A stretch of DNA of 64,000 nt from Chitinophagales bacterium (GTDB lineage: Bacteria; Bacteroidota; Bacteroidia; Chitinophagales; LD1), in the NCBI GenBank assembly GCA_046329495.1, contig JAXLUO010000015.1:28125-92124 (forward strand), in the 5' to 3' direction. The position numbers were made by a program, and so were the translations under genes. The notes under the pieces are model-generated. The model did no database searches and was not told the DNA's origin. It worked only from the letters and a program-made list of their open reading frames with translations. How positions within the stretch are numbered: the stretch's first letter is position 1; each line of letters begins with the position of its first letter. Of this stretch, positions 47,038 to 60,355 are shown piece after piece.

Positions 47038-48561
47038 ATGATACGCCATACCATTGCATTTGTAATGTTATTTCTGCTAACTGCTCCCGCGTTCTCGTTC
47101 GGTAGCAGCATTAAAACCAGTTCGGTAATCGAGCAACCCGATGTAGAAGTGCTGGGCGAGTATAAAGGCTTTTGGTATGCCATCGGGTTCGATAAGCCGG
47201 GCAACCTGCATAAACCGCCTGCCTATAAAATAATGAAGTATGCCTCCGGCTTTCCCAGCTCAAAGCTGTCGGTGTTATACCCGTCTTTTGGCGAAAAAAC
47301 TTTATACCTGCGCTCTGTTATCTCCAACAACAAAATCAGCGTTTATTATGGCCGTTGCGAAAAGCGCGATGAGGTAGCCTCTTTAATTGATGAACGCGAA
47401 GGGCGTAAGCAGATTGCTAATATTCTGCGGCAGGACTACGACCCCGTAACCCTGGAACCACTTGGTGAACCTGTTATGGTTTTCGATGAAGCAGACGATT
47501 ATTTTGCCTGCAGCGGTATAGAAATTGCGCAAAGCGAAGATGGCAGCAAAACCGCTATGCTGGTTAAATGCTATTACAGCCACCAGTATTACAAAGTATA
47601 TGTTACGGATAATGTTACCGGACAGACCTGGGATCGTAAAATTGCCTTTAAGGATCTTAAAGAATATCTGTGCTTTAATAGTGTTAATGTAGGAAATGAC
47701 GGACGCGTGGTGGTAGCTGCTAAAGTGCGTTACGATGTAATCTCTATCCACACCAGCAGTAAGGATAAACATCCCGATAAGTATTATTTCTTTTCGGTGG
47801 AAAAGGGCGATAAGGAGCCGGCACAGTTAATCATGGAATCGCCGGTTAGCGGTAAGTTTATCGATAAGCCGATGGTTACTATGCTTAATAACGGACAAAC
47901 GGCTATTGCATACTGCTACTTCGGCAGCGATAAAAACAAATTGGTGAAAGGTATTTCGGTTGGGCGCTACGATGCCGGTTTTGGTGGTGGCATGCACGAT
48001 GTCGAACTCGATCCGCAGTTTATTGCCCAGGCATCTGAATTCAACGGCAAAAAGGACAAGGGTCTTCCTTTTCTGGCATTACGTCAGTTACTTCCTTTAG
48101 AAGACGGCGGCTGCATGGTTATTGCCGAGCATAACCGCGAATCAACCAAGCCGGGCGATAGCATTATGCAGGTGGAGCGGCATTATGTATTAACCTACCG
48201 TTTTGATGGAAACATGGCTTTGAAGGATTCCCGCTTCCTCCCTAAAAAGCAAAGCAGCGAACGCGTGGGCTATGCGCTTTCAACCTGCGCTTACCGCAAA
48301 GGCAATGATGTATTCCTGTTTCATAACGACGATTGGGAAAGCGATGACGACCACGATACCAACCTGATGTGCACCCGCTTGCCTGCCAACGGCGGTAATC
48401 CCGAAACAACCAAGATTGTACATACCAGCGATGACTTTTTAACCAGCATGCAAAATGTTTATCCGGGAGCGGATGGTAAAGTGTTATTGGCCGAATGGAA
48501 ACTGGTAGATTATGAAGATGTATCGAAACTGGTAAAACTGCTGGAGGTTACCCTCAAGTAA
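47038..48561 (+). CDS. Hypothetical secreted protein
   Basis: 507 aa with a signal peptide (FVMLFLLTAPAFSFG). I recognise no motifs. Confidence 0.6.
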   Translation: MIRHTIAFVMLFLLTAPAFSFGSSIKTSSVIEQPDVEVLGEYKGFWYAIGFDKPGNLHKPPAYKIMKYASGFPSSKLSVLYPSFGEKTLYLRSVISNNKISVYYGRCEKRDEVASLIDEREGRKQIANILRQDYDPVTLEPLGEPVMVFDEADDYFACSGIEIAQSEDGSKTAMLVKCYYSHQYYKVYVTDNVTGQTWDRKIAFKDLKEYLCFNSVNVGNDGRVVVAAKVRYDVISIHTSSKDKHPDKYYFFSVEKGDKEPAQLIMESPVSGKFIDKPMVTMLNNGQTAIAYCYFGSDKNKLVKGISVGRYDAGFGGGMHDVELDPQFIAQASEFNGKKDKGLPFLALRQLLPLEDGGCMVIAEHNRESTKPGDSIMQVERHYVLTYRFDGNMALKDSRFLPKKQSSERVGYALSTCAYRKGNDVFLFHNDDWESDDDHDTNLMCTRLPANGGNPETTKIVHTSDDFLTSMQNVYPGADGKVLLAEWKLVDYEDVSKLVKLLEVTLK

Positions 48562-49755
48562 CTATTCCTCTTTGGGTTTAAAGCTGGTGCGCTTGGTGCC
48601 GCTGTACATTTCGTATTTCACAAACCGGCATTCCAACTGCCCGTTGTATACCGGTATGCGCCGCGACGCTTTTAAGCCTACATATTTCAGCGCCTCCATA
48701 TTTGAAGTAATCAGCCAGCAATCGTAACCGGCAAAGCGCTGTTTAAATGTGTCGCCTATCTTTTTATAGAGCAAAGGCAGGTCATCCTTCGCCATACGTT
48801 CACCATAAGGCGGATTAATGATAACCGTACCACCGCCTTCAGGGGCATCAAACTGCACCATATCACATTCGCGTATGTGCACCATATCCTCTACCTTGGC
48901 ATGCTTCAGGTTTTCCTTTGCCTTGCGCGCTACGTTATGCGATAGCTCGCCACCTAAAATCTTGGGCTGCACTTCTTCACTAATCTTGTTCAGGGCCGAT
49001 TCAAGAATTTTATCCCACAACTCCTTATCAAAAGGCAGATACCGCTGCCAGCGCATAAACCCGAAATCCTCCTTATAATATCCCGGCGGTATGTTGCCGG
49101 CAATCAAAGCAGCTTCTATTAATATGGTTCCCGAACCGCACATGGGGTCTACCAGGTTGCGGTGGGGTGTCCAGCCGCTAAGTAAAACCAGGCCTGCTGC
49201 CAAACATTCATTTATAGGGGCCAGGTTAATCTTATCGCGGTAGCCGCGTTTATGTAAACTCTCGCCCGAGCTATCAAGGGCTACAGCACAAACATTGTTT
49301 ACTATATGCAGGTGTATGCGCAGGGTTGGTTTGTCTAAATCAACACTGGGCCGCTTGTCGTATTTTTCTCTAAAGCGGTCGGCAATGGCATCCTTCGCTT
49401 TTTGCGATATGTATTGCGAGTGATTAAATAGGGGAGTAGTTAAAACCGTATCTATACCCAGTGTATCGTCTACACCCATGTATTTTTCCCAATCTATCCG
49501 CTTAATGCCTTTATAAAGGTCTTCTTCGTTCTGTACCTCAAAGTTGGTAATAGGCACCAGTATCCTAAGCGCAGTGCGCAAATACAGATTACACTTATAA
49601 ACTACACCCAAATCGCCGGTAAAGCTAACCGCCCGGCTGTGCACTTCAATATCCCGCGCTCCCAGTTTCCGCAATTCATGGCTCAATACTTCCTCTAAAC
49701 CAAAAATTGTTTTGGCAACCAGGCGCAGTTCCCCTTCCGCTAATTTCATACACAA
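48562..49755 (-). CDS. THUMP-domain class I SAM-dependent RNA methyltransferase (RlmL N-terminal-like / COG0116)
   Basis: N-terminal ferredoxin-like and THUMP layout, then DPMCGSGTILIEA (SAM motif I) and INPPYGERM (the catalytic NPPY motif). Confidence 0.85.
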   Translation of the reverse strand: MCMKLAEGELRLVAKTIFGLEEVLSHELRKLGARDIEVHSRAVSFTGDLGVVYKCNLYLRTALRILVPITNFEVQNEEDLYKGIKRIDWEKYMGVDDTLGIDTVLTTPLFNHSQYISQKAKDAIADRFREKYDKRPSVDLDKPTLRIHLHIVNNVCAVALDSSGESLHKRGYRDKINLAPINECLAAGLVLLSGWTPHRNLVDPMCGSGTILIEAALIAGNIPPGYYKEDFGFMRWQRYLPFDKELWDKILESALNKISEEVQPKILGGELSHNVARKAKENLKHAKVEDMVHIRECDMVQFDAPEGGGTVIINPPYGERMAKDDLPLLYKKIGDTFKQRFAGYDCWLITSNMEALKYVGLKASRRIPVYNGQLECRFVKYEMYSGTKRTSFKPKEE

Positions 49756-49817
49756 ATGTAAGAACTCGCTCCAAGTGCTTCTTGCAATTTCGCTTCCTTT
49801 GCCGCGTCATTATCTAA

Positions 49818-50696
49818 ATGCTTGTTATGCTAAACCGTGCCGTTAAAGCCTTATTACCTGCCGAATTGATAAATATGGGTGGCTTATTTGTTCGCCAGGC
49901 TTTCCCTACCATGCAAATAGACATGGTAGATCCTTTTCTGTTACTGCACCACGGCGAAATGAAAGTGGGCGAGCATACGGACCCTAAGCATGCAGGGGTT
50001 GGCCCTCACCCGCATCGCGGTTTTTCTCCGGTATCCTTCATTTTTAAAGGCGGCGTGCATCACCGCGATAGCCGGGGGAACGATAGCATTATATATGCCG
50101 GCGGTATACAATGGATGAATGCCGGCCGGGGTGTAATACACAGCGAGCGTCCACCGCTCAATATTCAGGAACTGGGCGGATTAACAGAGGTAATTCAAAT
50201 GTGGGTCAATACACCCGCAGCACATAAAATGGATTTACCCCAATATCTGCCTTTAACAGCACAGGATATTCCTATCTACACCTCCCCGGATGGCAGGGCT
50301 GTCGTACATATTTCGGCAGGTGAGTTGTTAGGGGTTAAAGGACCTATCACCGCCCAATCACCCGTAAATGCTGCAACGCTGGAACTTCAGCCCGGTGCTA
50401 AGATCTCCATTCCGCTGCCTATAGAGCACAATGCCTTTTTGTACTTACTGGATGGTGCCATTACATTGGAAGGTTATGGCCTGGTAGAAGGCAAGCATGC
50501 AGTAGTATTTAAAAATGAAGGCGAGGGAATTGCTCTCGAAGCACAACAACAAACACGAGCCCTTTTAATGACCGGACTGCCTTTAAACGAACGGGTAATT
50601 GCGCACGGCCCCTTTGTAATGAACACCGAAACCCAGATTCTGGAAGCCATGCGCGATTACCAGATGGGCAAAATGGGGGTACTTATCGAAGATTAA
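49818..50696 (+). CDS. Pirin-family protein (bicupin)
   Basis: HPHRGFSPVSFIFKGGVHHRDSRGN....GGIQWMNAGRGVIHSE is the pirin metal-binding N-terminal cupin signature. The C-terminal cupin has GPFVMNT..QI.EA..DY..G. Confidence 0.9.
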   Translation: MLVMLNRAVKALLPAELINMGGLFVRQAFPTMQIDMVDPFLLLHHGEMKVGEHTDPKHAGVGPHPHRGFSPVSFIFKGGVHHRDSRGNDSIIYAGGIQWMNAGRGVIHSERPPLNIQELGGLTEVIQMWVNTPAAHKMDLPQYLPLTAQDIPIYTSPDGRAVVHISAGELLGVKGPITAQSPVNAATLELQPGAKISIPLPIEHNAFLYLLDGAITLEGYGLVEGKHAVVFKNEGEGIALEAQQQTRALLMTGLPLNERVIAHGPFVMNTETQILEAMRDYQMGKMGVLIED

Positions 50697-50873
50697 GTTC
50701 TGTATTTCAACCGCATACTGTACATGCACCGCCACACTAAGGCGCGCTGCTTGCTCAATCTTACTCCGCCTCAGCTATTTTAGTTAGGATATGCTTTTTG
50801 TAACAGAGGGAAGACCTGTTGAAGCACTGATTCTTTTGCTTGCGTTTCTGATTGTTCATTAAAAAGTGATGTT

Positions 50874-51044
50874 ATGAAAGGAAGCAATCACGGTGGCCGC
50901 AGCGGTAATAGCTCCGGTAGCCAGAGGAGCACTACCACCTCCTCTAAAAGCAAAAGCAATTCGCGCAGCAGTTCCCGCAATATGGATAGCGGACGCGGTG
51001 GAAATCAAAAATCCACAGCCCGTTCTTCAAATCGGGACAAATAA
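50874..51044 (+). CDS. Hypothetical 56-aa Ser/Gly/Arg/Asn-rich hydrophilic protein (below the ORF-track cutoff)
   Basis: My translation is MKGSNHGGRSGNSSGSQRSTTTSSKSKSNSRSSSRNMDSGRGGNQKSTARSSNRDK*. It has an ATG start and sits in a spacer with no competing ORF. It is low-complexity, so its coding status is uncertain. Confidence 0.25.
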   Translation: MKGSNHGGRSGNSSGSQRSTTTSSKSKSNSRSSSRNMDSGRGGNQKSTARSSNRDK

Positions 51045-51136
51045 GTAAAAGCAATTGCTAAGCAGTTGGTTTTACAAGCTCCGGTTGACGTATAAGTCGG
51101 CCGGGGCATTTTTTTCGTTCACCTAAACTGTTCTGT

Positions 51137-51754
51137 ATGGCTATGCAAAAAGATGGAGGCACTGCACCCACTCCCCATAAAGGAGTGCAGATGGATACCC
51201 TGACAACCAAAAAGTTCAGCAGTAAGGAAGAAGCCGAGCGCTTGTTTCTGAATGCCGAAAAGCGCATGCTCGACATTAATAGGTGGAACGATATCAATGG
51301 CGCCAAGGAAAATCAATACCAGTTAACCGATCCGCGCGGTAACCCTAAATCGGGCTTTGCCCAGGAGCAGGACTATATCCGCTTCAAATTGCCGCTGGCT
51401 CCGTCTTCTAACGTTGGTAAAGGCGAAGACTGGGTGCGCATTGAAAAGATAGTATCCAAAATACATAAAGATAAACGCAGCGTGGCTATGATCGTTCGCC
51501 CGGCGGCCAACCCAACTACCGTTTTTACTACCCCCGCCCACTTTTATAGTACCGATACTACAAATACCTTTATGGTGCAATGGCAGGGTAAAGAAGTTAC
51601 TGCCGGCGTTTTCGGTCGAAACGAAGAACCTAATATTGAGGAGCCCAACAGCCTTTATAGTAAGCTCCGCAACTTTTTAATAGGCACCCTGGCCTGGTTG
51701 GGTATTGCCAAAACCCAGTGGGCTACCTTAATAAAAGGCTGGCTGAAAGAATAA
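51137..51754 (+). CDS. Hypothetical protein
   Basis: 205-aa ORF with no recognised family. Alternative starts are at M3 and M19. Confidence 0.55.
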   Translation: MAMQKDGGTAPTPHKGVQMDTLTTKKFSSKEEAERLFLNAEKRMLDINRWNDINGAKENQYQLTDPRGNPKSGFAQEQDYIRFKLPLAPSSNVGKGEDWVRIEKIVSKIHKDKRSVAMIVRPAANPTTVFTTPAHFYSTDTTNTFMVQWQGKEVTAGVFGRNEEPNIEEPNSLYSKLRNFLIGTLAWLGIAKTQWATLIKGWLKE

Positions 51755-51800
51755 GGCAACCATTTAACGCAAGGAGCCGTTAACCTTTTAATACTATAGT

Positions 51801-52025
51801 ATGCGTACAACAACCAAATGGCTTCCGGCCCTCTTTATAGTAATAGCGCTGTTTACCTCGGCCGCAGCCTGCAACAAACAAGCCTGCAAAGCTCAACCAA
51901 AACCCGACTGCATGTGCACCATGCAATACGACCCCGTGTGTGGTTGCGATGGCAAAACCTACGGTAACGCCTGCGAAGCCGGATGTAATGGGATAGATGT
52001 AGTAAGCAAAGGCCCTTGTAAGTAG
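51801..52025 (+). CDS. Kazal-type serine-protease-inhibitor-domain lipoprotein
   Basis: 74 aa with a lipobox (LFTSAAAC). It then has the Kazal pattern C-x-C-x7-C-x-C-DGKTY-x3-C-x3-C-x11-C ([37 protein letters not shown]). Confidence 0.8.
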   Translation: MRTTTKWLPALFIVIALFTSAAACNKQACKAQPKPDCMCTMQYDPVCGCDGKTYGNACEAGCNGIDVVSKGPCK

Positions 52026-52055
52026 TAGGTAATTAGTGTACTCCGCCCTTGTCAT

Positions 52056-52280
52056 CCTATGTTTGCAAAGTAGGAGGAAATAAGTGTTTAGATTTAGATA
52101 AAGAAGTAGGGAAAAGAGAAAGGCTACTAGCTGTCATTGGTCGCTAGAGACCGTTCGCCATGCCAGCCCCTTTTCCCTCTACTTAACAGCTTGAACAGTT
52201 CATTAGGCGTTAGGAGCCTGAATTAAGGATTGATAAGCAATAAGTAGTTACTTCTTATGGTATCACTTAAACACAAAATT
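52056..52280 (+). ncRNA. Candidate IS110 guide (bridge/seek) RNA encoded in the left end
   Basis: An outer stem AGTAGGGAAAAG (52105-52116) pairs with CTTTTCCCT(CT)ACT (52170-52183). It encloses a CTAGC/GCTAG hairpin whose loop contains TGTCAT (52132-52137), and a 3' segment containing CATGCC (52159-52164). Together these tile the insertion-site core TGTCATGCC. Confidence 0.4.
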
Positions 52281-53249
52281 ATGAATTACATCGGAATTGA
52301 CATTTCAAAGCTAACCTTTGATGTTGCCCTGGAAGAGAATGGCCGTTATCGTTATTACAAGTTTGATAACAACCTTACAGGATTTAAACAGTTGCTCAAA
52401 TTATTAGAGGTAGAGTACAGTTGCTGTGTAATGGAAGCCAGTGGCCCATACTATCTAAAGCTTGCTACTTACCTGGCAGAAGCCGGCATTAAAGTAAGCG
52501 TAGTAAATCCATTAGTGATCAGAAGGTTTTGCCAAATGCGTTTGATGAAAGCAAAGACCGATAAGAAAGATGCTGCCATGATTGCAGACTATGGTAAAAC
52601 GGAAAGACCAAAGCAATGGGAACAAGAGGCTGTGTATGTCCAGAACCTACGCCAGATGCATGCTTGCGTCGAGCAGTTGGATAAGGCAAGGACTGGTTTT
52701 ATCAGACAACTTGAAGCATTTAAACAAAACCCCATTAGCTTTAAAGAAGCACAACGTGCATTAACACACATGATTAAATCCATAGAAAAACAGATAAAGG
52801 AGTTAGAGCAAAAGATGGAAGAAATCATAGCCATTCACCATAAAAATCTCTATGAGCAACTAAAGAGCATTCCAGGAGTAGGAAGGAAAACAAGCATATT
52901 GCTGGTGGTCATTACTGGCGGATTTACCAAATTCCAAAATGCAAAGCAGTTAAGCTCTTATGTTGGCCTCAGTCCTCGTATTTATGAGTCTGGAACAAGC
53001 GTTAAAGGAAAGGTTAAGATATGCAAGATGGGAATGAGCAAAATGCGTGCGCTACTATATGTCTGTTCCTGGTCAGCTATAAAATGCAACACCGCCTGTA
53101 AAAACCTATACGAACGCATGGTAGCAAAGGGGAAGCCCAAAATGGTAGCACTGATAGCTGTAGCCAACAAGTTGCTTAAGCAAAGCTTTGCCATTGCCAC
53201 CCAGGGAACCTATTATGAAGAAAATTATACAGCAAAAACTTGTTTTTAA
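52281..53249 (+). CDS. IS110-family (DEDD) transposase
   Basis: MNYIGIDISK (first Asp), VMEASGPYY (Glu) and NPLVIRRF...KTDKKDA (Asp/Asp). The C-terminal Transposase_20-like region is IPGVGRKTS...LSSYVGLSPRIYESGTSVKGK..I.KMG....R..LY. The start was moved from 52257 to ATG 52281. Confidence 0.9.
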   Translation: MNYIGIDISKLTFDVALEENGRYRYYKFDNNLTGFKQLLKLLEVEYSCCVMEASGPYYLKLATYLAEAGIKVSVVNPLVIRRFCQMRLMKAKTDKKDAAMIADYGKTERPKQWEQEAVYVQNLRQMHACVEQLDKARTGFIRQLEAFKQNPISFKEAQRALTHMIKSIEKQIKELEQKMEEIIAIHHKNLYEQLKSIPGVGRKTSILLVVITGGFTKFQNAKQLSSYVGLSPRIYESGTSVKGKVKICKMGMSKMRALLYVCSWSAIKCNTACKNLYERMVAKGKPKMVALIAVANKLLKQSFAIATQGTYYEENYTAKTCF

Positions 53250-53256
53250 ACACAGT

Positions 53257-53530
53257 TCATGCCGACGCAGGAGGCATCTTAACTATATAGAACACGGCCA
53301 TGCCCATTGCCAATTATACATCTACTTAGCGCTTCCCCACATTCGTCCCATTCGTTCAATTCGTCCAATTCCATCATTTCATTCGCCTCCGCCCTTGTCA
53401 TGCCGACGCAGGAGGCATCTTAACTATATAGAACACGGCCCCTGCCCACTGCCAATTATACATCTACTTAGCGCTTACCCCTATTTGTCCCATTCGTTCA
53501 ATTCGTCCAATTCCCCCGCCATTACACTAC
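53257..53530 (+). repeat. Two tandem ~140-bp REP-like units, each starting tcatgccgacgcaggaggcatcttaactatatagaacacggcc
   Basis: Units 53257-53397 and 53398-53530 are about 90% identical over the first ~125 bp by eye. Each begins with the small hairpin ATGCC-gacgcagga-GGCAT. The tail of a further unit (ctccgcccttgtcat) lies left of the IS at 52041-52055. Confidence 0.85.
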
Positions 53531-53686
53531 TCCAACGTCAAACATCAAGCGCCAAACAACAAACGTCCGCCTAATTCCCTGGTTTTGGCCCTATTACAAG
53601 CCTTTGCGCAAAAAAAAATTGCAAGCCCAAACCCCCGTCAGATAAGGGTTTGGGGCTACCTCTTCAAAAAAGTTCAGCAATACCCC

Positions 53687-53716
53687 TTGCAGAATTGAAA
53701 ACTGCCTTTATCTTTG
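53687..53716 (+). promoter_or_regulatory. rRNA operon promoter module 1 (TTG, 19 nt, TATCTTTG)
   Basis: It matches the Bacteroidota sigma-A consensus, -33 TTTG/TTG and -7 TAnnTTTG. It is followed by gcggcccgcttc...aacgttcttta, which is shared with modules 2 and 3. Confidence 0.55.
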
Positions 53717-53835
53717 CGGCCCGCTTCTGAGGAAAACGTTCTTTAAAACACAGAAACGGCAACAAAATGAAACACTTACGCAGCCTATCGCGTAAGACAC
53801 AAACCAAGCTCTTCGAAAAAAAAGTTGAGCGAAAG

Positions 53836-53868
53836 TTTGGAAAGTTGAAAGCAAAGTTTTTATCTTTG
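53836..53868 (+). promoter_or_regulatory. rRNA operon promoter module 2 (TTTG, 21 nt, TATCTTTG)
   Basis: aaagTTTGgaaagttgaaagcaaagttttTATCTTTGcgccccgcttcggaagaaatcgttcttta. Confidence 0.55.
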
Positions 53869-54169
53869 CGCCCCGCTTCGGAAGAAATCGTTCTTTAAAC
53901 ACCGAAGCGAATAAGGAAACCAAAAGATGCGTAGTGATACGCACGCTCTATATAATCCTCCACAAGCACTGAATAGATAGTGCTGACGCGAGATGCGGAA
54001 AGAGGTTAAATAGTGATTCCAAGCGTCCGATGTCTATCGGAACCAAGCAATCCTACAAAGAGCCCGCTGGCTAAGGGACCTAAGCAAGATGCAAATCTTC
54101 CCCTACATATAAATAGCCTTTTAGGGTAGCACGGTTTAAAACCGGCAAGAAAAAAAAGTGAGATAAAAG

Positions 54170-54201
54170 TTTGGAGAAACGAAGCAAAGAAATTACCTTT
54201 G
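54170..54201 (+). promoter_or_regulatory. rRNA operon promoter module 3 (TTTG, 20 nt, TACCTTTG)
   Basis: aaagTTTGgagaaacgaagcaaagaaatTACCTTTGcggccccaatcgaaagaaaaggaaaacgttctcta, about 245 bp upstream of the 16S 5' end. Confidence 0.55.
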
Positions 54202-54444
54202 CGGCCCCAATCGAAAGAAAAGGAAAACGTTCTCTACGAAAAAACAGGTTGTAAGAGTTTGAAGCTCAACCAACTACTAATGAAGAATCGGCAGGCAAAA
54301 GCCTAAGGGTTTAGCTGAGTCATCTTCGTGAAGTTCTTTGAAATACAGGTAAGAAACATAGAATGCGAATAACAGGTTAGATTAAATGCTTAATACATTT
54401 TTTTCCTAACCATTCTTTTGAATGCTAAGGAATCAACTCTTTTA

Positions 54445-55968
<1,524 letters not shown>

Positions 55969-56068
55969 TTAGAGCAAATTAGCCTGCGCAATCTATGTTT
56001 CTTCTGTGTTTCAAAATTTATTATCAACTGCAAAGTTGATGTTGTTCTTTATCACTGCTGTCTGCAAT

Positions 56069-56142
56069 AGTCTCGTAGCTCAGGTGGTTAGAGCGTTACA
56101 CTGATAATGTAAAGGTCCGCAGTTCGAGTCTGCGCGGGACTA
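56069..56142 (+). tRNA. tRNA-Ile (GAU) in the 16S-23S spacer
   Basis: Cloverleaf with anticodon loop CTGATAA and T arm CGCAG-TTCGAGT-CTGCG. Confidence 0.9.
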
Positions 56143-56169
56143 CATTACACAGTGAGGTTTCTCAGGAAT

Positions 56170-56243
56170 GGGGGATTAGCTCATCTGGCTAGAGCGCCTG
56201 CTTTGCAAGCAGGAGGTGATCGGTTCGATCCCGATATCCTCCA
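56170..56243 (+). tRNA. tRNA-Ala (UGC) in the 16S-23S spacer
   Basis: Acceptor GGGGGAT/ATCCTCC with the G3:U70 Ala identity pair, and anticodon loop CTTTGCAAG (TGC). Confidence 0.9.
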
Positions 56244-56367
56244 CAGTTTCAGTAATACACTGAGTACGATTTATCCTCGGAAAAGTTATCGATTGCTGAT
56301 GAAAGTTCTTTGACATATTGGCGAGTTAATAAAATTAAATCTTCAATTTTAAAATCATCCAAGAATT

Positions 56368-59232
<2,865 letters not shown>

Positions 59233-59366
59233 TAATTTTTTAGGTCTGCCTATATTGTTGCAAAAGCTGTATAGGACACGATTTTAATTTGAATATTTAC
59301 TTTTATTAACTCTGCCTTTTGTCAAAATATTATTGCCTCTGTGGTGTTCGGCCAGAGGGTTCAAAC

Positions 59367-59482
<116 letters not shown>

Positions 59483-59486
59483 ATTT

Positions 59487-59517
59487 TAAAAGCCCCGCTT
59501 ATTAGCGGGGCTTTTTT
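59487..59517 (+). terminator. rRNA operon intrinsic terminator
   Basis: aaaAGCCCCGCT-tatt-AGCGGGGCTttttt immediately after the 5S gene. Confidence 0.85.
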
Positions 59518-59547
59518 ATTTTATTCCGTTCCCTGCTACTATTGCAC

Positions 59548-60081
59548 ATGGCTGCTTCCCGAATTGCAATTGTTGGTACCTCCGGCTCGGGTAAAACTAC
59601 CCTGGCTAAACTGCTTGCCAATAAGAAGGGTATACCCCGCATTGAGTTGGATGAACTCTACTGGCAGCCCAACTGGGTGGGCACTCCCGAAGCTGAATTT
59701 CACGAGAAGATAAGGAAGGCAATATGTGCCAGCGATAGTTGGGTGATTTGTGGTAACTACAATGTCGCCAAGCAAATTACCTTACCTGCAGCTACCGATA
59801 TCATCTGGTTGAATTACCCGCTATATAAAAACCTGTGGCAAGGCTTTAAGCGTTCGGTAAAACGAATTATTACCGGCGAAGAACCTTTTAAGGGTTGTAA
59901 AGAAACCTTCCGGCTTACGTTTTTATCGAAAGAATCTATCCTGCATTGGATTTTGATGACCCATGCCCGGCGGCGCAGGGAATTCACCGCATTACTTACG
60001 AAAGAAAACTTTCCTGCAGGCAGGATTTGGGTGATTAAAACAAAGGCAGAGTACCATAGGGTATTACAAATAATAGAATAG
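59548..60081 (+). CDS. P-loop NTPase, adenylate-kinase-like (topology modulation protein FlaR-like)
   Basis: RIAIVGTSGSGKTTLAKLLA (Walker A) and a size and layout typical of small AAA/adenylate-kinase-related proteins. The track start at 59542 is a TTG, so ATG 59548 is used. Confidence 0.65.
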   Translation: MAASRIAIVGTSGSGKTTLAKLLANKKGIPRIELDELYWQPNWVGTPEAEFHEKIRKAICASDSWVICGNYNVAKQITLPAATDIIWLNYPLYKNLWQGFKRSVKRIITGEEPFKGCKETFRLTFLSKESILHWILMTHARRRREFTALLTKENFPAGRIWVIKTKAEYHRVLQIIE

Positions 60082-60355
60082 TTGTATTTAACAGGAGGTG
60101 TGCCTCTTTTGCTCTATGCAGAGGAAGTGGGTTGAATAACTCTCAGATATTTTTCGATTAAATGAACTATTGCAAATTAAAATGCGTTGGTGCAGGCAAT
60201 GAGGTATTTATTGGTATTGCTTTGTTGTTGTTTTGATGTGCTGCAATGCTTATTTGCGATTTTGTGAAATTAGGCTATTACCAGCTATACTGAAACGTGT
60301 TATTGCCCGCTAATTGTCTTTTTAGTACTAACTATTATGCGCTAATCGCAGAAAC

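Larger units (their letters stand above)
52056..53260 (+). mobile_element. IS110-family insertion sequence (long left non-coding end, essentially no right end)
   Basis: Boundaries were inferred by comparing the interrupted site (…ctccgcccttgtcat | cctatg… and …cacagt tcat | gccgacgcagg…) with the intact copy at 53387-53420 (ctccgcccttgtcatgccgacgcagg). No terminal inverted repeats are visible, as expected for IS110. Confidence 0.8.

Noticed and set aside
53188-53574. 128-aa ORF with a repeated SCRRRRHLNYIEHG sequence
   Set aside because: It is a read-through of the tandem REP-like DNA units. The repeat in the 'protein' simply mirrors the DNA duplication, and it starts inside the transposase gene's 3' end.
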